From: Selaginella moellendorffii
Lineage: Eukaryota > Plantae > Lycopodiophyta
Reading direction: 5' to 3'
Length of the DNA stretch: 64,000 nucleotides
NCBI RefSeq assembly: GCF_000143415.4
Contig: NW_003314336.1
Span: 782,853-846,852 of the forward strand
The position numbers and the translations under genes are program-made. The notes under the pieces are model-generated. The model ran no database searches, was not told where the DNA came from, and saw only the letters and a list, made by a program, of their open reading frames with translations. Positions 59,065 through 64,000 of this stretch are shown here, one piece after another; the stretch's first letter is position 1; the number at the start of each line of letters is the position of its first letter.

Positions 59065-60167
59065 ATGGCCACCAACCTGCTGGCGATGAGCACCACCACC
59101 TTGTCCTGCCGCTGCACTGCCCCGCTGCGCTGCAGCGCCATGGGCAACAGCAGCAGGGAGGCTGCGGCATCCTACAGGGAAGGCCCGCTGCTGGACGCCG
59201 CGTTCCTGTCCTTGCTTCGCAACAAATTGGCACAGGTGGGTGTGGCGTGCTGCGGCATTCGCGCTCGTAACCCTGGCTAGGCAGGAAGTGGGACGCGACG
59301 CGGACAGGCCTGGCTACGACGGCTTGATTCAATTGTCCCAGCTTCTCATGGCAAAATACAAGGCCAAGTCCGATGTGGAGCAAGCCACGGTAAGATGGAA
59401 GAATCGTGTCCTCCTCCTCCGTCTGACGCTCGTTGCTCTCTCTGAAAGGTGCGCATTCTCAACTCCATGTTTCCACAGTCGTTGCTGCGCCTCTTTAGAG
59501 CCGTGGTGCTACCTATCAACAAGGGAAAGCTTGCAGCCATCCTTTCCGGTACGCCACTCGCCTCCGCGGCTTGAGACCATTTTCACGAGCTGTTTGAGCA
59601 GCTAGAGTGACTCAAGCGACTTGTCAATGGCTCATGGGAACCTGTTCTATCAGCAGTGTGGAGCTGTCGGACGGAACCTCCATTCCAAGCGGGGTACGTG
59701 CTTAAATGGATGGTGCTAATGGTAATTCGTTTCTAGGTTCTCGTCGAAAAGTGCAAATACCTGGAGCACTCCAAGTGCGCTGGTATCTGCATCCATACTT
59801 GCAAGTTGCCCACGCAGGTGTGCATCGCATTAAATCTGTAAGTCTCACACCGCTGGCTCCTTGGTTCCAGGCGTTTATCAGCAAGGAATTGGGAGTGCCA
59901 CTGCTCATGGAACCAAACTTCGCCGACTTGAGTTGTCAGGTAAATGAATTTGCTGCTTTTGAAACTCTGACCTTGGCGCGCCTACCAGTTCAAGTTTGGC
60001 GTGGAAGCCCCTTCGCCGGAGGACGATCCATCGGTTTCAACGCCGTGCCTGGAAATGTGTCCCACCGCCATTGCTCGCAAGAGCAGCACACCCCTGTGTC
60101 CCAAGGTGAATGGATGGATGGTCTGTGGTGACACCCACCAAAGAGACGTTTCATTTTGCAGGTCTAG
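59065..60167 (+). CDS. Beta-carotene isomerase D27-like (DUF4033), with probable plastid transit peptide
   Basis: CQWLMG, VEKCKYLEHSKCAGICIHTCKLPTQ, LGVPLLMEPNFADLSCQFKFG. The end is 60167 if the last short intron is spliced, otherwise 60210. Confidence 0.9.
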
Positions 60168-60218
60168 GGAGCAACTGCTACTAACGAGCGCTGCCATAGG
60201 ATATGGATGATCTATCTG

Positions 60219-61111
60219 CTATGTGTACTGCTTAAGATACTCAGACGCAACCAGGCGTCCTCGAGTGTTCACAGAGAGCTTAAGCTCACTTATCTCCTTG
60301 TCAATATCCTGCAGAGCAAACGTTTCAGACGGCTAGCCAACCCCAATCTCGCAGCTCACCTCCATAAACCTGGCAATGAAGTCAATCAGCCTGTGCTTGT
60401 TCATCTCTTCACAGTGTTGGTTGGTGATCAAGAAGCTGATATCGTAGCCCTGTGGTCAATCAGTTAGACGCGCAGCGAGCATGAGGACGATACGAAGTTA
60501 CCTGTACAGGCTTTCTCCGAAGAACTTGAAAGGATTCGGCCCTCATGGCTAAGAACCTCAAGAACTTCTTGGTGAGGATGTTTTCCAGCTCGTCAGCTTG
60601 TTTGACCTGCGCATTCATTTTCATGCCCGCATGCTTCTTCTGGATGCGCTTACCTTGATGCTGATTCGCAGGGAGTTGATCGACGTTTCAATCAAGCATT
60701 TTTCTGCTTCGTTACGGCAGATTAAGATCTGGGAAGCAAACTAGAGTCCAGTGCAAATGCAAGCAAGAGAGCAGTCGGCTTACGGGATTAAGGAGTAGCT
60801 CCGTGTTGGTTCTGCTCCAGCAAGGATGAACATTTTGAGTGGAGAGAAGAAGAAATCACACCAGGCAAAGCTTACTTGAACTCAACTTCGGGCTTGTTAT
60901 GTCGCTCCACATCTTGACATGGGAAATTCTACAGCTAGCGAAAAGAGTAAAAATGGATTCAGGCATGGATCTGATCGCCCACCTGGAGACTCATGGCCGC
61001 AGTAAGCGTGTTCCTGATGCATGTCAGATACGGCCTCAAAGTGTTCGCCTTTGCACGCAAACACAAATGTAAGCTTGCACTCAACTTAGACAGGCGAGCG
61101 ACACAAACCAT
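60219..61111 (-). CDS. ARPC4: Arp2/3 complex subunit 4
   Basis: ATG-only first coding exon, then [51 protein letters not shown] and [16 protein letters not shown]. Confidence 0.95.
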
Positions 61112-62399
61112 CGCCCTCGATCCTGAATCCCCTGTAGAAAAGAGCCCTAGGCTTAAAACGTGGATATGTTTCGTATAAGAGGCGGTGAAGACAAATCTAA
61201 AGCTTTTATATTGACTAAGAACAAGAGCCTCTTGGAGTTCAATCGCATCTAGTAGCAAATTTTCATCTCCCAAATCGTGGTGCTCGAGCTCTCCTCCCGC
61301 CAGCTTGTAAAACACTTGTCGCTGGGTGGGTCGATTGCAATGACTATCCCAAGCTTTGCACCTCCTTTGTCCACAGCCGTGAGGATCTCCTGAAAAGAGA
61401 GTCAGGATGCTCGTTGTGCCTGCATACCTGTGCTGGAATGATCGGCTTAGAGTCTTTGAAAGGTTGCTCACAAACAAGAAAACCAACCTGCTGAAGCCCA
61501 CGCTCTAGTTCCAGTAGCCCGCCACTCGTGACGGCCTGTTTGCGCCAAAGCCATTGTTAAGCGCGCCATGGTGCATGCTGGGATCGTATTGGATGTAGAG
61601 CGTCCCTGTCCCAGAGCTGTTTTTGATCCATAGGCTTGTATTTGTTCCGAGCTGCTCATCGCATCGTCAAGCAACTTAAGCATGCTCTGAATCTCCACAA
61701 GAACGGTGTATCTCGCGTTGGGGACGCTCGGCACGTCATTTTGGTTGGCGTGGTGGTTTGGGGTTTAAAATTCAATCATGGGCCACATCACCAACCATTT
61801 ACCCCCTTGATTTGATTTTTGATTTATATAGTTTTAAGGTAACCAGAAAGGTTTGCCTTTCATATAAGCTTGTCATCAGGAGTTTCTGATCACTCTCTTT
61901 TCTACGTTTCAAAAGCGGACGACAAAGCCAAGATATTCCTCTTGGATTTTGGCGTCGTTACAAGACAAAGGCGCGAGGGATTTGCAATCCGATTTGGGGA
62001 GATTTGGCTGAGAGGAGGACAGCGACATGGAACCCCCCAATTGCAACAGTGCTTATTTTAGTTCGTCTGCGATTCAAGCAATCTTTTTTTCTGGAGGTTA
62101 GCCAAGAATCTTGCAGGCTAGCTACCTTTTTTCCTCGTCTGCCAAATCCTAGTGTGGGGTGCGTGGTTAATTTTGTTGGACGGCACCGGCAATAGAAGTG
62201 TACTGTATAGAGTGAGTAGGAGTCAAAGAGATGTTGTTGCGATGGGCCCGCCTCACCCAGCCTCTGAGACGGAGTGCCATGGAAAGACCTCGAGACCATC
62301 AGTTTGTACTCGACATCAGAAGGTAAGTGGTTGACGTAATACGGTTTCGTTTTTTGCAAAGAGTTTTGATTATTTTAAAAAGAGCACACGGAAGTCTTT

Positions 62400-64000
62400 T
62401 TACTTCTTTGCTGGATACGGCGCAAAAATAACAGACGAGTTGTGTCCGCCGAAACCGAACGAGTTGGACAGGGCCACTTTGACGTCCAGCTTCTGTTTGT
62501 TGGCACCAACGATTACCTCCATGTTCTGCGAAGACCGTCAACGAGCAACAAATTGTTATCAAAGCGATCGTAATCTAAAGGCTGAGATTACTTACCACGT
62601 CCTTCTCGGGTGTATCGATGTTGATTGTGGGATGCACCCATCCACTTCGGATTGCCTAGAACACACACGCACTTTTCACTTTAATCCTGAAACATTTGAA
62701 GGCAAGTACCTGAATCGTTGCAATCGCCTCAACACCCCCTGCTGCTCCTAGCAAGTGCCCTGTCATGGACTTCGTGGAGTTGACTTTAATCTGCGCCACA
62801 ACGCAAATGAGCGTTACTGAATGAAGCTCGTTCTGTTGAAGAGTACCTCGGAATTACTGCCGAAGCACCGCATAATAGCCTTGTACTCCTGGACATCGCC
62901 AGCCTGGGTGGAAGTTGCATGAGCATTCACATAGTTGACGTCTTGTCTATCGACGCCAGCTTGGGCCAGCGCCTTCTCAATGCAGAGCAAGATACCCGCG
63001 CCTGCTTGAACACGGTTATAAAGAAGAAACTCAAAAAGAAAAGGGAAAAAAAAACATTTAACACCTTCGGGATGGGGCTCCGTCATGTGATACGCATCGC
63101 AAGTCGAACTTCCGCCTAGAAACTCCGCATATATCTCGGCACCTCGCCTCTGCATTGTTTAGATTGTTCACGCTCCTCGACTGCAAACGTTCAAAGACCC
63201 ACCTTGGCGTGTTCCAACTCCTCCAAGACGAGGACGCCCGCACCCTCCCCCATCACAAACCCGTCTCGGCCCTGCAAAACCATTGCTACATAGTAAAAAC
63301 TCTGCCACTGTGCACAAGTGCATGCAACTCACCTCATCCCACGGGCGAGAAGCTCTTGATGGTTCGTTGTTACGCTGAGACAATGCCCTGCAGGCAACAA
63401 ATCCTCCGAGGCCTATAGTGGATGAAGTTGAGCAGTCAGTTCACGGAGCAACGCTGGACACGTAGTGTCCAGAATGACATACCGATAGGAATGATGGCTG
63501 CATCAGATCCACCAGCAAGCATCACGTCCTGTGCAGAAAGGCTTTCTATAATTGTGTCAAAAAGATTCTAACTCGATCAAATCTCTCGTTACCGCTTCGC
63601 CTCTGACAATGTGATTGGCGGCGCTCAACATGCAATAGTTGCTGGTTGCACAGGCCGTCGAGATGGAGTAGTTCGGCCCCATCCAACCCTGGTCAGAAAA
63701 TGAGATCCCTTAACTCTGTGTTTCGCCGTTCCAACGCGTACATACCAGATCCATCGCTAACATCGCGGAACCCATATTTGTTGTCGCAAACGGAACACAA
63801 AACGGGTTCATCTTGCGGTATGACACTCTGAGAGCCTCGATTGCATCGCTAAACACCTGGCACAACGCAAGGGAAAAACAGAGCCACGACAAGAGTTAAG
63901 AGTAGACTAACAACAGAAAGAAAGAGACTTTAGTGGTGACACACACACACACACACACACACACCTGCATGCCTCCCATTGCAGAACCAATGAGAACCCC
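62400..64000 (-). CDS. KASII: Plastid 3-oxoacyl-ACP synthase II, 3' part (5' end outside window)
   Basis: [49 protein letters not shown] and [12 protein letters not shown]. Confidence 0.93.
63939..63965. repeat. (AC)n microsatellite in a KASII intron
   Basis: Directly visible. Confidence 0.9.

Noticed and set aside
61870-62340. Small plus-strand gene between the ARPC4 region and KASII
   Set aside because: A good donor (AAG|GTAAGT near 62322) exists, but I could not build a coherent or recognisable ORF; it may overlap the KASII 3' UTR.

Overview
Eukaryotic plant DNA, most consistent with a Selaginella-type lycophyte. This is inferred from 45-80 nt introns, very short intergenic gaps, PLS-PPR debris and genes for flagellated sperm. 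Roughly 1-23 kb and 28-36 kb are repeat-rich: a decayed chromodomain-bearing Ty3/gypsy element, nested LTRs carrying an internal satellite, a complete 5S-rRNA-bearing Cassandra-type TRIM (plus a solo LTR and a fragment), Helitron-like Rep and RPA70 relics, and intron-containing phototropin and PPR fragments. The genic part holds CFAP99, SPEF1 and HYDIN (three axonemal central-apparatus genes), then a very compact block: ELP4 (with an AT-AC U12 intron), CLoG1-like, NDUFA8, D27-like, ARPC4 and a partial KASII. The strongest leads are (1) the Cassandra TRIM, whose plus-strand primer position matches the initiator-tRNA D-arm in sense orientation, (2) the central-pair gene grouping, with HYDIN and SPEF1 only about 130 bp apart, and (3) gene pairs packed 4-53 bp apart. 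All identifications come from reading the sequence and recalled family motifs; no searches were run.
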